A stretch of DNA of 64,000 nucleotides from Octopus bimaculoides. Its lineage: Eukaryota. Positions within the stretch are counted from its first letter, which is position 1, and each line of letters starts with the position of its first letter. Below, one piece after another: positions 37,225-50,614 of this stretch. The stretch lies in the NCBI RefSeq assembly GCF_001194135.2, contig NC_068981.1, forward strand, positions 94,040,469 through 94,104,468. The letters run 5' to 3'. The notes beneath the pieces were generated by a model that was not told the origin of the DNA, searched no databases, and was given only the letters and a program-made list of their open reading frames with translations. A program made the position numbers and the translations under genes.

Positions 37225-38198
37225 TAGTAGTCATATCCTTTGATTAGGAAAATAACACTTACTGACCAAAGACAAAAAATAAAAATTTTATTACACAGTG
37301 CAATTATCATTAGAATGAAGTGGGTGGAACAGCAGAGACAAAGGTAGTGAAACACCTTTCAGTATTTAATCATATCCCTCAACATCTAAGTTGAAGTCCC
37401 TTCAAGGTCAAAACAACTATCAGTCATGTAGTGAAGTCAACATCTCAGACTTACAAATGTGTAGACCTGTACCAATGTGAAGAAATCATTTGTAGAACTA
37501 GGTGACTCATCAAAAATGATACTAGGAATCTCATTACAGCCATTCACATAATTATCTCCATTAAATTTGCTCTATATGTTACGCATAAAGAAACAGGAAC
37601 ACACTTAAGATAGAGTCAAATAATATGGTCTATTGGTAGGCTTTTAGCAGTCAAAACTGATTCATTTCAGTTTTAGTGCTAATGTTCCTGAGTAGGCTGA
37701 ACCAAAGTTAATGCAAGAATGTTCTGAGTTTCAGCCATATGGTTATCATTAGCTGGATCTATCTATCCAATACAACTTTTTGACAAAAAGCTTTAAATAA
37801 AAGTTGAATTTCTATTTTCACCTATTTAACATTTACAAGGTTGTTAGAAAAGGCCACACTAGTCTGATCAAAGTATAATGAGTGAGCATCCAGCCAAAAG
37901 AGATGCCTTGTTTTCAAATGGATGGCACCTGGGCACGTCTAAAAGAAGACTGAATTCCAACTGTATTCTTAAGCATCTCACACCAATGTTGGCCTGATCA
38001 AAAAATGAAATGAAAGGATAAAGAAGATACAACCATGTCAACTTGAACTGAAATGTGTTCACCCCCTCATGCACAAGAAATGATTAAGATAAGCATTACC
38101 TATACGAAATGAATGAAAATGAACAAGGAGCAAATGAAAAAAGGAAGGATGATGAAGAGTTAGTCACTTATTGAAAACTTCCTCATTCCAATACTTAC

Positions 38199-38570
38199 CT
38201 TCACATAACCATCCTTGGAACAAGTTGAAAACATGGAACCATCATGAGAAAAGCTGACATGCAGAACTTGGTCATTGTGCTGCTTGAGAACTTCACTTTC
38301 AACAGAGGGTGTGTGGTATAAGAGACGTCTGTATTCCTCCATCCAAGACTTCTTGCCAGGAGACATGGCAACATCTCGGTTAATGTTCCACTCTGCATAG
38401 AAAAGCTTCTTCCAGAGCAATTCATCATATGCGATGCGCAACCACTTTGTGCACATTTGGGAGCAATTGAGGACGCTCTGTGCCGAAAGATAGCAGAAGA
38501 TGTGAAGAAGTAAATGTTCAGGAAGTAAATCCCAATTTGGAAAAGATTCACCATCCTGAGAGGAATCCAT
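38199..38570 (-). CDS. FBXW5: FBXW5 coding exon 1 (F-box plus first WD40)
   Basis: MDSSQDGESFPNWDLLPEHLLLHIFCYL (F-box LP..LLL.IF.YL)...W..L...EYRRL...LKQHNDQVLHVSFSHDGSMFSTCSKDGYVK |gtaagt. An acceptor at 38589-38590 gives 18 nt of 5' UTR and implies an upstream non-coding exon. Confidence 0.95.
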
Positions 38571-39329
38571 GTCACAGGCTTGTCAAAACTATTTCATGAA
38601 GGGAAAGAGAAAAAAATGGAAAAGTTAACATCAAGTTATTATAAGAGAAAAAGTAAATAAGGATGTTTTTTTAAGCAAAAGGACCCCATTTAAAATTTTT
38701 TTGCAAGGGACAGAGTATACCTCACTTCTCAGTTGTGTGTTATTATGCTTATTGAACTGTATGTGGTTGAAGGATCCTTAAAGAATCTGGACTAAGAACA
38801 TTATCAGTAAAATTTCACATAATTATATTAATACATTTATATAACAGTCAATTTCTGTCTTCATCATTATTATTACACTGTATTGTATCAGCTTCTAATG
38901 TTATATTTGTATACCCCTAGTGACAAAATGTAATATATTTGAAAATCATAGAGTGGTGGAGTAGAGTTTCTGACTAACAGTTTCCCAATATTTAGTTTTA
39001 CCCTATGTTTTCAATTCTGCTAAATTGAAAGATGATATCATTTGCTTTTCATCCTTTTGGGGTTGATGAAATAAGTACCACATGCACACTGGGGTTGATG
39101 CAATCAACTAGCCCACTCTCCAAAAACTTTCAGGCCTTGTGCCTATTTTGGAAAAGATTATTATTATTATTATTATCATTACTACTGATTGATTGAGCAG
39201 TCAAGTTCAAGTAAACCCCAGCATCTCAATTGTGTAACCTTTGTTACTTTGATGCCTTTCCCCATAAATATGAATATTCCATCTCAAGGTTTCAGATTGA
39301 TATAAAATTACTTATACATGGGCTAAGAT

Positions 39330-39670
39330 CAGTGGTTCCCAAAGTGGGTTGTGCTGTCCCACCACCTGGGGGTGGTGGAAAAATCCAGGAAGGCGTTGAA
39401 GAAAAATGGAGTGATAACAAGGTGGTCAAAAGTAAGAAATGAATGGCAATACTCCCCTTCTGTTTTTCAGTGGCACATTCAGGCTTAGAAAATAGAATTT
39501 AAAAATCAATATGAAAAAAGTTGCTTGTTTTCTTAAAACAAGAACAGAGAACAAAAATAAATAAAACTCCGCAAAAGTCTACTGATGAAGCTGGTCATAA
39601 ACTTTCATTGTTTCAGTTGAGCACTGATGCCAATGTAATTGACTATACCCAACTCTCTCAAAATTTCAGG
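39330..39670 (+). mobile_element. hAT (Charlie-like) 5' end with a small transposase remnant
   Basis: CAGTGGTTCCCAAAGTGGG terminus. KLSLFQLSTDANVIDYTQL resembles the Charlie FSLQLDESTD...CAQL motif. Confidence 0.5.
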
Positions 39671-39920
39671 CTTTGTGTCCAGTGCCGCTGGACTGGCTCC
39701 CGTGTAGGTGGCACATAAAAGACACCATTTCAAGCGTGGCCGTTGCCAGTACCGCCTGACTGGCCTTCGTGCCGGTGGCACGTAAAAGCACCCACTACAC
39801 TCTCGGAGTGGTTGGCGTTAGGAAGGGCATCCAGCTGTAGAAACTCTGCCAAATCAAATTGGAGCCTGGTGTAGCCATCTGGTTCACCAGTCCTCAGTCA
39901 AATCGTCCAACCCATGCTAG
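39670..39920 (+). mobile_element. RTE 3' UTR fragment
   Basis: gtggcacgtaaaagcacccactacactctcggagtgg...ccaacccatgctag. A longer copy lies at 41930-42250. Confidence 0.8.
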
Positions 39921-40140
39921 GTTATGTGTTGGAAATGCTTAGCAGTATTTCTTCTGACTCTATGTTCTGTGTTCAAATTCTGCCAAAGCTGACTTTGCTT
40001 TTCATCCTTTTGGGGTTGATAAATTAAGTAGCAGTTGAGCACTGGGGGATAATTTCAGGCCTTGAGGCTATAGTAGAAGGGATTATTATTATTAGGTAGA
40101 GAGCTGGCAGAATCATTAGCATGCCAGACTTAATATGAAG

Positions 40141-40716
40141 CAGTGTAAGGAATGGCTTAGCCCCGGTAAACAAGATCTTCATCTGCGTAAAATGATGTTG
40201 TGCGTATGGTGGGACGGGGAAGGGATTATCCATTACGAATTGCTTGAACGGAACCAAACGGTCAATGCGGAACTCTATGTTCAACAGATGGAATGACTCA
40301 GCACGGCTATTCAAGAGAAAAGACCTAATCAGCAGCATGGAGTTCTTCTGCTACACAACAATGCCCGCCTTCATAATGCCAATATGACCAAGGAAGCCAT
40401 TCAAATGCATGGCAGGGAAGTGCTGCCACACCAGCCATACTCTCCTGATTTGGCACCAACAGATTTCCACCTCTTTCAAATGCTATGTGCAGAGTTTCAT
40501 TCAAGACTGATGTAGAATTGAGAGCTTGGGTGGATCAATTTTTCAAGTCAAAATCGGATGATTTCTACGCATGAGGTATTGAAAATCTTGTTGAACGTTG
40601 GGAAGTTGTAAACAACACAGGTGAATACATTATTGATTAATTAGTTGTTATTTTTTATTAAATCTTTTAAAAAATTTCAATTTAAAAAAACAGCGGGAAC
40701 TTAGTTGTCAACCCAA
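40141..40716 (+). mobile_element. 3' half of a mariner (DD34D) transposon
   Basis: KMMLCVWWDGEGIIHYELL...LLLHNNARLH...LPHQPYSPDLAPTDFHLF. Right TIR ...GGGAACTTAGTTGTCAACCCAA|TA. Confidence 0.88.
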
Positions 40717-40734
40717 TATGTATGTGTCTCTTCT

Positions 40735-41090
40735 ATTTTTTAATTATTATAAATCTTCCATTGAGGAGGGAGCCGGTTTCCAACAAAGATACAAGGCTCC
40801 ATCTTCAGGATGTAGTTAACACAAACAAATTCACATTTGGAACTTGAGAAAAGACTTGCATATTTTTACTGTTCCACTCACAGATTGCACTTGTAATATA
40901 CGAATTAGCTGGTCAATTTCTCTTTCTGAAAATACCAGTTTATCCAGATTCTCCTTTAAGTACTTACTAACAAAATCTAGTGCTCCAATTATTATTGGTA
41001 TGAATATGAATTCATAATCTGGAAATAGAAGCTGGAGGTTTTGAAGCAGTTGTCCATAGATAACCTCTTTTTCTTTGATTTTCAAAGAGA
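40735..41090 (-). mobile_element. 3' end of an R4/Dong-like (restriction-like endonuclease) non-LTR element
   Basis: KEVIYGQL...FIFIPIIIGAL...LQVQSVSGTVKICKSFLKF*, the typical REL-clade C-terminus, followed by a short 3' UTR with a GGAGCC...GGCTCC hairpin. Confidence 0.7.
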
Positions 41091-41929
41091 TATATATATC
41101 TACAGGGCAGCTGTCCTCTATGATGGTACATACTGTTGCCCCTCTGTCCCAAAGAACAATATCCGGCCTGTTATGTTTACATTTGACAGAAGTTTTGATG
41201 GGAATATTCCACCAATATTCCTTGAGTATGTATGCATGTATGTATGTATGTATGTACGTACGTACATACGTAAGTATGTGTGTATGTATCTGTGTTTACC
41301 CTCCCACCATTGCTTGACAACTGATGCTGGTGTGTTTATGTCCCTGTAACTTAGCAGTTCGGCAAAAGAGACCAATAGAATAAGTACTAGGCTTACGAAG
41401 AATAAGTCCTGGGGTTGGTTTCTTTCACTAAAACCCTTTAAGGCAGTGCTCCAGCATGGCTGCAGTCAAATGACTGAAACAAGTAAAAAGAAAAAAGAAT
41501 TATAGTGTAGGCATGGCTGTGTGATAAGAAGCTTGCTTCTCAACTATACAGTTCCAGGTTCAGTCCCACTGTGTGGCACCTTGTGAATGGATTTGATAGA
41601 CAGAAACTGAAAGAAGCCTGTCATATGTGTGTGTGTGATTATATATCATCAAAGTCCATTTTCCATGCTAGCATGGGTTGGATGACTTGACAGAAACTGA
41701 TAAGGCCAGGGGTCACACCGAGATCCATGTCTGTTTTGCCAACCACTCCACAAAGTGTACTGGGTGCTTTTTATGTGACATCATCTCAGGTGCTTTTTAA
41801 GTGGCACCAGCACCCTCACGAATGATTTTTACATGGCACCTTGCTTTTAGGATTTCAGTTCTGTTGTGGTGGATGGATCTTCTCAAATACAACATGATGG
41901 CACCTGTGCCCAGCGTCGCCTTTCTGGCA

Positions 41930-42250
41930 CTTGTGCCTGTGACATGTGTAAGGACTTTTGAGCGAGATCGTTGCCAGTGCCCCTGGACTGGCTCCTGTGC
42001 AGGTGGCACATAAAATATACCATTTGAGCGTGGCCGTTGCCAGTACTGCCTGACTGGCCTTCGTGCCGGTGGCACGTAAAAGCACCCACTACACTCTCAG
42101 AGTGGATGGCATTCGGAAGGGCATCCAGATGTAGAAACCCTGCCAAATCAGATTGGAGCCTGGTGTAGCCATCTGGTTTCACCAGTCCTTAGTCAAATCA
42201 TCCAACCCATGCTAGCATGGAAAGTGGACGTTAAACAATGATGATGATGA
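41930..42250 (+). mobile_element. RTE 3' UTR/tail
   Basis: Same family as 29772; ends in (GAT)n. Confidence 0.8.
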
Positions 42251-42256
42251 TACAGT

Positions 42257-42288
<32 letters not shown>

Positions 42289-43049
42289 GCATACAGCTAC
42301 AGGCTCCAAGTTGAAATGGGCAGAATTTGAAGACTTTTTTATGTGTGGTGGGTGATTTTATATGCTTCTAGTCTGTACTTGTAATATATTTAACTTTACT
42401 TTTTTATGCCATATTTTATGTATTTATCAACATATTTTATGAGTTTCTTTCTTTAGTTTGACTACCATTGCTTTATATTATATTGCAAGAAAACAAATGA
42501 TAGCAAAACAATTTAGAATAATACACAACACACTTGCACATTCTAAGATGGGGAAATTGGAAGAAAAAAAAAAAGACAGGTTTTCAAACATGTATTAATA
42601 GAAGTGAACACAATACAAACGTAGCAAGGAAAATAAATCAAAACAGTAAAAAGAATCAGTAAATTCATCTCATAAAATGCAATAATGAAAGAATTTACAG
42701 TATTATAAAACACTGCAACATTTTTAAGATGAGGAAATATGCTAAACATAATAAAAGTGTGTATAATACACACATATAAAAGAAGAATTAAAGCAGTAAA
42801 ATTAATCAGTAAATTCTTATCATAAAATGTAATTTGAGACAGCTGTAGTAGTAGTGGTGGTGGTGGTGGTGGTGATGGTGATGGCAGCAGCAGCAGTAGT
42901 AGTAGTAGTAGTGGTAAATTTGAGCAGCCAGTTTATAACTGTTGTTGTAATACTAAGTTAAAACTTAAATTTATCAGCTCTCAACAATTAAACTTCAACA
43001 CATAAACTTGTTTTGTTTTCATATATTTCTCAACAATGCTTCTTTAATA

Positions 43050-43660
43050 TATCTTTTGACCTTGGCATATCTAATGTTTTGCTCCATTAATTCCATCTGG
43101 GTAAGATCTTTATTAAGATATGAAAACATGCCTGCCAACTCCTTCACAATGAACAAGTTCCTTAACTAGTCTTCTTCTTCTCTACAATTCTCCCTGCTTC
43201 TAATTCATTGAAGTCCTTGTTTGACAGTTCTTTGGGTTTGCAGTCCAATAACTCCTCTACATATTCTATTTCAACTTTCAATTAAAATTTTGGCCAATTC
43301 TGTAATGCCTCTGATTCTCATGCTATAGAACAGTAACAAATCTCTTCCTTTTTGCATTTCCCCTTGCTAAGTAGACCTGTCACCTAGCTTCTCTTCTAGC
43401 TACTGAATATAACTCTGCTGCCCCCATTCTTCCTGTTTTTCCAAGCATGTCTCTGCGCTCTTTTGGATCTATCTACTTGGCTAGTCCACCACCATTCACT
43501 CCTAGTCCATTTGGAATTTTGCATCAACCACAAATTTGGTCTGTTACCCTCATTTAATTGTTCTGAAGGAACTTTCAGTTGTCTTCTATGTTATGTTTAT
43601 CTCCTTCCAGTCAAATATTTCAACAAGTGCTTCTTTAAATTTCTGATTGTTCCCTAGATC
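43050..43660 (-). mobile_element. Degraded RTE ORF2 fragment (between endonuclease and RT)
   Basis: Minus-strand remnant WWWTSQVDRSKRAQRHAWKNRKNG resembles the RTE ETWWWN..VD.AI..KR.AWK.WK linker. Confidence 0.5.
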
Positions 43661-46014
43661 TTTAAACTTGCTGTTCACTGGAGCATTAAGCTTCCTGTTC
43701 ACTGGAGTTTTCTTAAGTTTTGTGTTTACAAGAGCTTTAAGCTTTCAATATGAAATAAAATTCATTCAATGTCTATAGCTTTAGATTGGCTTTCAATGAT
43801 TACTGGTCAATATTGTTAATTAATGTCTGCAATATAATGACAAACTTTTTCCATGCTATTTTGATTGTGTTGTAAACAACGATACTTACATTGCGCACTA
43901 ACTATTTAGTCTGTACAGGAACTTACAGCATTGAGAACAGAAGTATAGCTAAACTATAACATAACCTTTTACTGGCATCTTAAAGTATTTAGTATAAACC
44001 AACTTCAGAAAAGAAAAGACATGATGGTCACAACCGGAAAACAAACTAGGTTTGCTCAATAAGGACTGACATGAGACAAAACAACATCAAATTTTCAATG
44101 CTATTATGCACCAGATGGATTTGCAAACTTAGATGAATTGTTGAAGCATTCCACCATTATATTTAAGTATTGTTTCCTTTTTGTTTAGAGGCCACATCAT
44201 AATTTCCTAAACTATGTTAAGCTCATTCAACTTCTTCAAGGATAGCTTTCAACACTTTGGATATGATTTGCCCTTTTGACATGCAGCAAAAAGAAAAAGA
44301 AAAACGCCACTATTTGAAGCTTTGACTCACTGGTCCTAGCTTAAACTATGAAAATATTGTAGCCATCACCACCTAAAATAATGGCATCTGACTGTCTATG
44401 GTTTTAAAATAATTCCCCTCAGCATTAGAGACATGTGCCAGGACTATTAAACACAAGAAGGACCAAAGTAAAATGAAGGACTATGGCAGGTGGTGAGATG
44501 CTGAAACCAGTCAATCCATGCCAACATGAAAATGCATATAAATGATGCCAAGTTGCTAGGGAGTAAGGTATAAACATAGCTTAAATAATCCCTTCTACTA
44601 CAGGCACAAGTCCTGAAATTTTGGGGGAGGGGACTAGTCGATTACATTGACCACAGTGTTTCAGTGGCACTTAATTTATTGACCTCGAAAGGATGAAAGG
44701 CAAAATTGACCTCAGTGGAATTTGTATTCAGAATGTAAAGACGTTTTTATGCTAAATAATGCCAACTTCCAATGCCAATAGGCCACCTTGTGTGCAATGT
44801 TGTATGTCCAGTATGTCCATTTGATAATTTTCTTATTACTACTTCAACAACTATAGTGCAGTCTGTCCTTTGCTAATGAGGTCAGAATAATACTGAAATA
44901 GGCCCAGAATTATCTTCTGTACTTGCCAGAATAATAAAGGGAATATTAATCATTGACTAGTATTGTCTTTCTCTCACTGCATAATTAACTCTAACACTAG
45001 CTTAACTTATTGTTCGTCATGAAAATGAAGTCTCCAAGTAAGTCTCTAAAATATGAGTAGTAAAAAAACAGCATACTGCTTAGTCAGAATTTTCTTTTAA
45101 AGTTTACTCTTTTAGTTTTTACCTTTCTCAAGGTTCACAAAATGCAAACTTTACTGGGCACTAGAGTTTATTCACCTACACCTAGTAAGCAATGCAAGAA
45201 TATAGGTGAGCAAACACAGATACTAAACTTATAGAAAGTATATGCTTTATACAATTCAATCGGGTTTTTTTTCTATATTTAGCAAGTTAATACTTCATAT
45301 CAGAGATTCCAAGATCACTCTACAGAAAGAAAGCAAAGTAAAAAAAAAATTACAGAAAATTTTCAATAATATTTCCTTTTTAAGAACCAAGAAAACATTG
45401 AAAAGAAACCAAATAATTAACATACTCAAATATAGTCTTTGAGAAATAACACAGAAGTTTGGGAGTCTTTATCCTTGGGGAACTTTTACAAACTGATGAT
45501 CTGATTCTCATTGAATAGAATTCATCACAGAGTTACATAAAAAGGTGTCCAAACTTTGATGAATGTTTTGTATTCTCAAAAAACCAAAATATCAACAAAA
45601 CAAAGACAAAAGTTTTTAATAATGGGAAATCCAAACACCATTGGGAAAGTAGTTTGGATTAATATCTAGGAGAAAAATAGGCAGACATTCATTATCCCAA
45701 GTTCAGTATAATAATGGATACATGGAACTTGTAAACTGACAGGGAACTTGGCATGGCTGTGTGAATCATCATGATCAACATTTAACATCTGTTTTCTATA
45801 CTGGCATGGGTTGGACAGCTTGACAGAAACTGGCAGGGCCAGGGGCCACACCAGGTTCCATAGTCTGTTTCGGCTTGGTTTCTACAGCTGGATGCTCTTC
45901 CTAATGCTAACCACTCCACAGAGTGTACTGGGTGGTTTTTATGCATCACCATCACCAGTGTTTTTTACGTGACGCCAGTGACAAAGACAAAATAAAATGT
46001 TTCTTTCACAACAT

Positions 46015-46500
46015 TATAGTTTAGGGTTCACTGGGGCTCAGTACATGGGCCCCTCCAATTCATCATAGTTCTCCAGGTCATAACAAAGAAATTTAAGACC
46101 AGTTGCCCTTGAAAACCACATGCAGATGACCTCATTGTTATAGTAGAACCTGCAGTTGAACTAGAAAAGAAATTCCAGGTGGGAAAGCAAAACCTGGAAT
46201 CAAAAATCATTAAAGTTAACTTAACAACAACAAAAAAGAAACATTTGTTTACACCATTCAGGTAAAGGCCTTGCTCAATATGTAGAATAGATGTAGGTAG
46301 AAATTCCGTACAGTGTACTCTGTATAAGATATGAACACAAACGGTACAGCGGAATTACAGACAGGTTAACAAAGAAAGTAGGCTTTGTATGTGACATGTA
46401 CTGGAGCAATAAACACTAAGTACTCAATGCAATCCTTGGCTCATTGGATCTTGTCAAACCATCCAAACAATGCCAACATGGAAGACAGAAGTTAAATCAT
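46015..46500 (+). mobile_element. Degraded RTE reverse-transcriptase fragment
   Basis: VHWGSVHGPLQFIIVLQVITKKFKTSCP...HADDLIVIVE...ELEKKFQVGKQNLESK..KVN (QGS.LSP.LF and YADD motifs), then PCSICR..VGRNS..C. Confidence 0.75.
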
Positions 46501-47210
46501 TATTACCAAAACAAAAGGCAAACGGGTGTGTGTGTGTGTGGTGGAGGGTTATTACATTGACTTCAACATTTATTTTATCGACAGTAGAAGGATGAAAGAG
46601 TCGATCTCAGGAATCTGAACTCAGAACGTAAAGAGCATTAATTAAAGACCTCAAGGTATTTTCTCATGATTCTTACCAACCGAGGGACACTAGTAAATTA
46701 TTGGTAACTTTATAATTATTTTTTCGATTCAGTGTGGAACGAAAAATAAAGTCGACTCCAACAGAGTTTGAACTCAGAATATCGAGGGACATGACCATAT
46801 TACAAGGTATTTTAATATGGCACTCTAATGTTTCTACCCTTCAACACACTGATATCTTTCTATAATAGATCAGGTAGCTGGTACTGTAGCTTAAATCGAA
46901 GCCAGTAGAGTACTGGTACTTTTTAGTAAAGAAACCAATGCGTGAAGTAAACAGTAGTATCCCAGGTCGGCAAATTATTCCAGTTTTGAACTATTTATGA
47001 ACTATAACGTTAATTTACCTGGCTTTGATTTCAATAAAATGATAACAATGAAAAAGGTGGTGAAAAACTCTTTTGAAAGCAAAACATTAGGTAATTATCA
47101 AAGCTCTTAATATAATTATTCATTGAAAAGTAAAAAGAAATTACACGTAAATTTTAACAGCAATATAACTAAGTTATTATTTTGCCCACAACAATTCAGT
47201 CTCTTTTAAA

Positions 47211-47241
<31 letters not shown>

Positions 47242-47714
47242 AGTATATATATTACATACATTCACAATGTCTATTTCCCCACCCCACCTGCCACTACTAC
47301 TGCTACCATTACATAAAGCTCAGGTAAATAACATGTGACGGAAGGAACAAAATCAATGTGAAATATTCCGATTTCTTAAACATACAAGTAAAACAGATCG
47401 CTATTATATCAAATATCAATTAATAGTTATTTTTGATGAAGTTGAATATATAAACAGAATTGAGAGTATAACTCACTAATCAATAAAATGATACACAAAT
47501 ACAACCGGTGTCAATTTTCTTTCAAAATGATTATTATTCGAGAAGATAAAGTACCCAATAAGAAGAACCTTACTGGAATTTTAACTAAACCGTGAGGCTG
47601 CTCCGACAAAAATACAAGGGACGTTTAAAATGATGACAACTACGAAAGCACCCAACGAATCTTGTGATGAAATGTCACAACAGGAGATAAGAAGAAATTG
47701 AACATTGCACATAC

Positions 47715-47930
47715 CTAAATGTAGATATTTATATAACTGGCGGAAAAACAAAAACGAAAACGGTAATTTGTGAGGTAATCAAATATATTTATGCTGAAAA
47801 CAAAAATAGCACATAAACGAAAAGTAGAAGCAAAAATTAACGGATGGTGGTAGTGGTGGGGGAGGTTAAGTAGTGAATAAAGTAAGACTGAAGTAGTATC
47901 AATAAAACAGTAAAAGGCGATACCAGACAT
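47715..47930 (-). other. Candidate non-coding 5' exon of FBXW5
   Basis: AG|GTATGT donor at 47714 on the FBXW5 strand, in non-repetitive, relatively CpG-rich DNA. No transcript evidence. Confidence 0.25.
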
Positions 47931-48337
47931 GACTTATTGCATGCATATATAACAAACTGCACTGTGGTAGTCATGAGAGCTATTTAAAACACATATCTAA
48001 CATGCACTTTTATTTGGTAATGCCAATATATATGTATATACTATAAAGTGTCAAAGAATTTCGAAGTACTTTTACGTCCCATTCACAAAAACTATTCCAT
48101 GGGTGCAGTGAAATATAGAGTCAAGAGAACAGAACAGGTCGTAGATGTACGACTAAATTTGTTGACTTTATAAGTATATATTATTATATTACAAAATGCC
48201 CCAAAATAATATTAATAACAAACAAAGTGGATAGAACGATCTATATGTTTTAGATGATTGTCATGACTTATAACAGGATGAAATTGTTTCAGCTTCAACA
48301 CTATCTCAGATCAAATTACTTGTCAAACAAGCACAAC

Positions 48338-48384
<47 letters not shown>

Positions 48385-49033
48385 NNNNNNNNNNGTATGT
48401 ATGTATGTATGTATGTATGTGTGTGTATGTATGTGTGTGTGTATATAATATTATTTAATAAAACATTTATTTACACGATTGTGCAAGCATGAATAGTTTT
48501 TGTCTAGATACAAAGTTGTGTTTATATATTTTGATAACCAACTGAACATCGATTATGCTTGTTTTAAATAATTACGGACATATAATAAGTGGATCCACAG
48601 TGAATATTTGTGCTTCTAAATAACTCTTTTCTTTTTAGTTAAATGATTTATTAATTTATTATTAAAATAAAATTCTAAAAAGAGAGAAAAAAATTTTAGT
48701 ATAAATATCTTTCATAATCCGTGTTATCATTCCAAGACAAATTTGAGCTACTATAATTATAAACTATAATTAATATTCTAACACCGACAATTTTGGAAAT
48801 TAACTAAGACTGTATTTCGCGAAATGTGAATGCTTTATATTTTAGTATTTTGAAATAAATATAGAAATATGTGAAACCAGTGGTTGCGAGGGACTTTTTA
48901 GAAAGAATGACCAAAATGTTTTTAATTTTTACTCGTCTAGTAAGTTGCTAAATGATATTTCAGGCACTGACGTGGAAAGTTATTCGATTAATCAGAATTT
49001 CAACATGTAAAACAATCATATTATAAAGCTTAC

Positions 49034-49200
49034 CAGGTCAGAAAAAGAGTCATAAATACAACAGAACTTCCATTGCCTGACTATCTGTATCCTACCATAA
49101 GTCGTGCCGCCATGTTTCTAACGAGAACTCTGGGAATATTTGCACCCGAAGACAACACAGCTGTTTACTAAGGAATGAGAGGAATATAAACAAATGCGAA
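49034..49200 (-). promoter_or_regulatory. Candidate FBXW5 first exon/promoter-proximal region with a YY1-like motif
   Basis: AAACATGGCGGC on the minus strand (49106-49117), similar to YY1 AANATGGCGGC. CTG|GTAAGC donor at 49033. Locally CpG-retaining. Confidence 0.3.
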
Positions 49201-49744
49201 CATAAGTTATTCTCTTATTCTGTTGTTCAGCTGACACCTAATTTAGTAAAACCAAAATACACGGGTAAACATTGAGAGTTGAAGAGTAACAAAAATGAAA
49301 TTTTAGATAGGTTCACAATAAAATACTTATAGCGATTGCCATACGAAATCTAATATATTCATGCATAAGTATTTATAATTACATCTTCGAGTAATTAAAA
49401 ATACTGATACTTCAAGTATTTTTGTTGTAGTTTAGCATTTGTTTTTCATGCGGATGGCGTCTCTGAGTAATTAGCCTAAGTAAGTTATTTTATTTATAAT
49501 GATGAATATGCTAAATTAATTTGTAATGAATTATTCGCCCTAAACGACACAAACAGTACTTGTAAAAAATCAGTTATTTACTTTTATATATATTTATAAT
49601 TTCTGAAGTTGTATGAAGTTGTGAAGTTGTCAGTAATTGGAATTTGGGTCCCATAAATTAAATGATATACTGAGGCAACCACACACACACACATACACAC
49701 GTATGTGTATGCATATTTATGTGTGCCCAGCAAATACATGTCTA

Positions 49745-49795
<51 letters not shown>

Positions 49796-50211
49796 NNNNN
49801 NNNNNNNNNNNNNNNNNNNNNNNNNNNNNNNNNNNNNNNNNNNNNNNNNNNNNNNNNNNNNNNNNNNNNNNNNNNNNNNNNNNNNNNNNNNNNNNNNNNN
49901 NNNNNNNNNNNNNNNNNNNNNNNNNNNNNNNNNNNNNNNNNNTCTGCTTTCCATGCTAGCATGGGTTGGACGATTTGACTGGGGACTGGCGAAGCGGATG
50001 GCTACACCAGACTCCAATCTGATCTGGCAGAGTTTCTACAGCTGGATGTCCTTCTTAACGCCAACCACTCCATAGCTCCCACGGTTACCAAGATAATCTA
50101 TTATAATAATACTCTTGTGATTATGAATGAGAAACGGAAAGGTGACAGATAAATAAGGAAGGAAGGGGTGATGTCATATTTTTTTCATAGCTCCCATGGT
50201 TACCGAGATAA

Positions 50212-50614
50212 TCTACTATAATAATACTCTTCTGTTTATGAATAAGAATGGAAGGAGTGACATGAATAAGGAAGGAAGGGGTGAGCATTTGAACTCTGCG
50301 TGAATATATGTGTGTGTATGTGAATGTGTGTAAGTGTGTGCGTGTATGTGTGTGCGTGCGTGCGTGTGTGCGTGCAGTGGAAGTGAGATGGTTCGTCTTC
50401 GTATGCTTAGTATTTGGGTTTATTTTTTGATTTGGTTGAATCTTGTTTTTTTTATTTTTTGTTGATCAATTATTTTTAGCATTTTGACAGAAAAAAGTCA
50501 TTCTAAAATTGTTTCTTAACGTAAGCATGCCCAAACAAGTCAAATGCTTACACAGAGCAGGTTTTACAGCCACATCATCCAAACTGGCCAGGTGAAACCA
50601 GGCTTAGCTGCTAG
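50212..50614 (+). mobile_element. Probable short non-autonomous Helitron
   Basis: A|TCTACTATAATAATAC 5' end, internal (TG)n/(TGCG)n, and 3' end AGGTGAAACCAGGCTTAGCTGCTAG|T, aligning with the other two Helitron ends. Confidence 0.5.

Noticed and set aside
47620-47700. ATGATGA/GTGATGA box C-like motifs
   Set aside because: No box D (CTGA) at a suitable distance, and it is antisense to the host gene, so it is not called as a snoRNA.
49106-49171. Perfect GCCGCCATG Kozak context on the plus strand
   Set aside because: It opens only a 19-codon ORF and is better explained as the reverse complement of a YY1-like motif.
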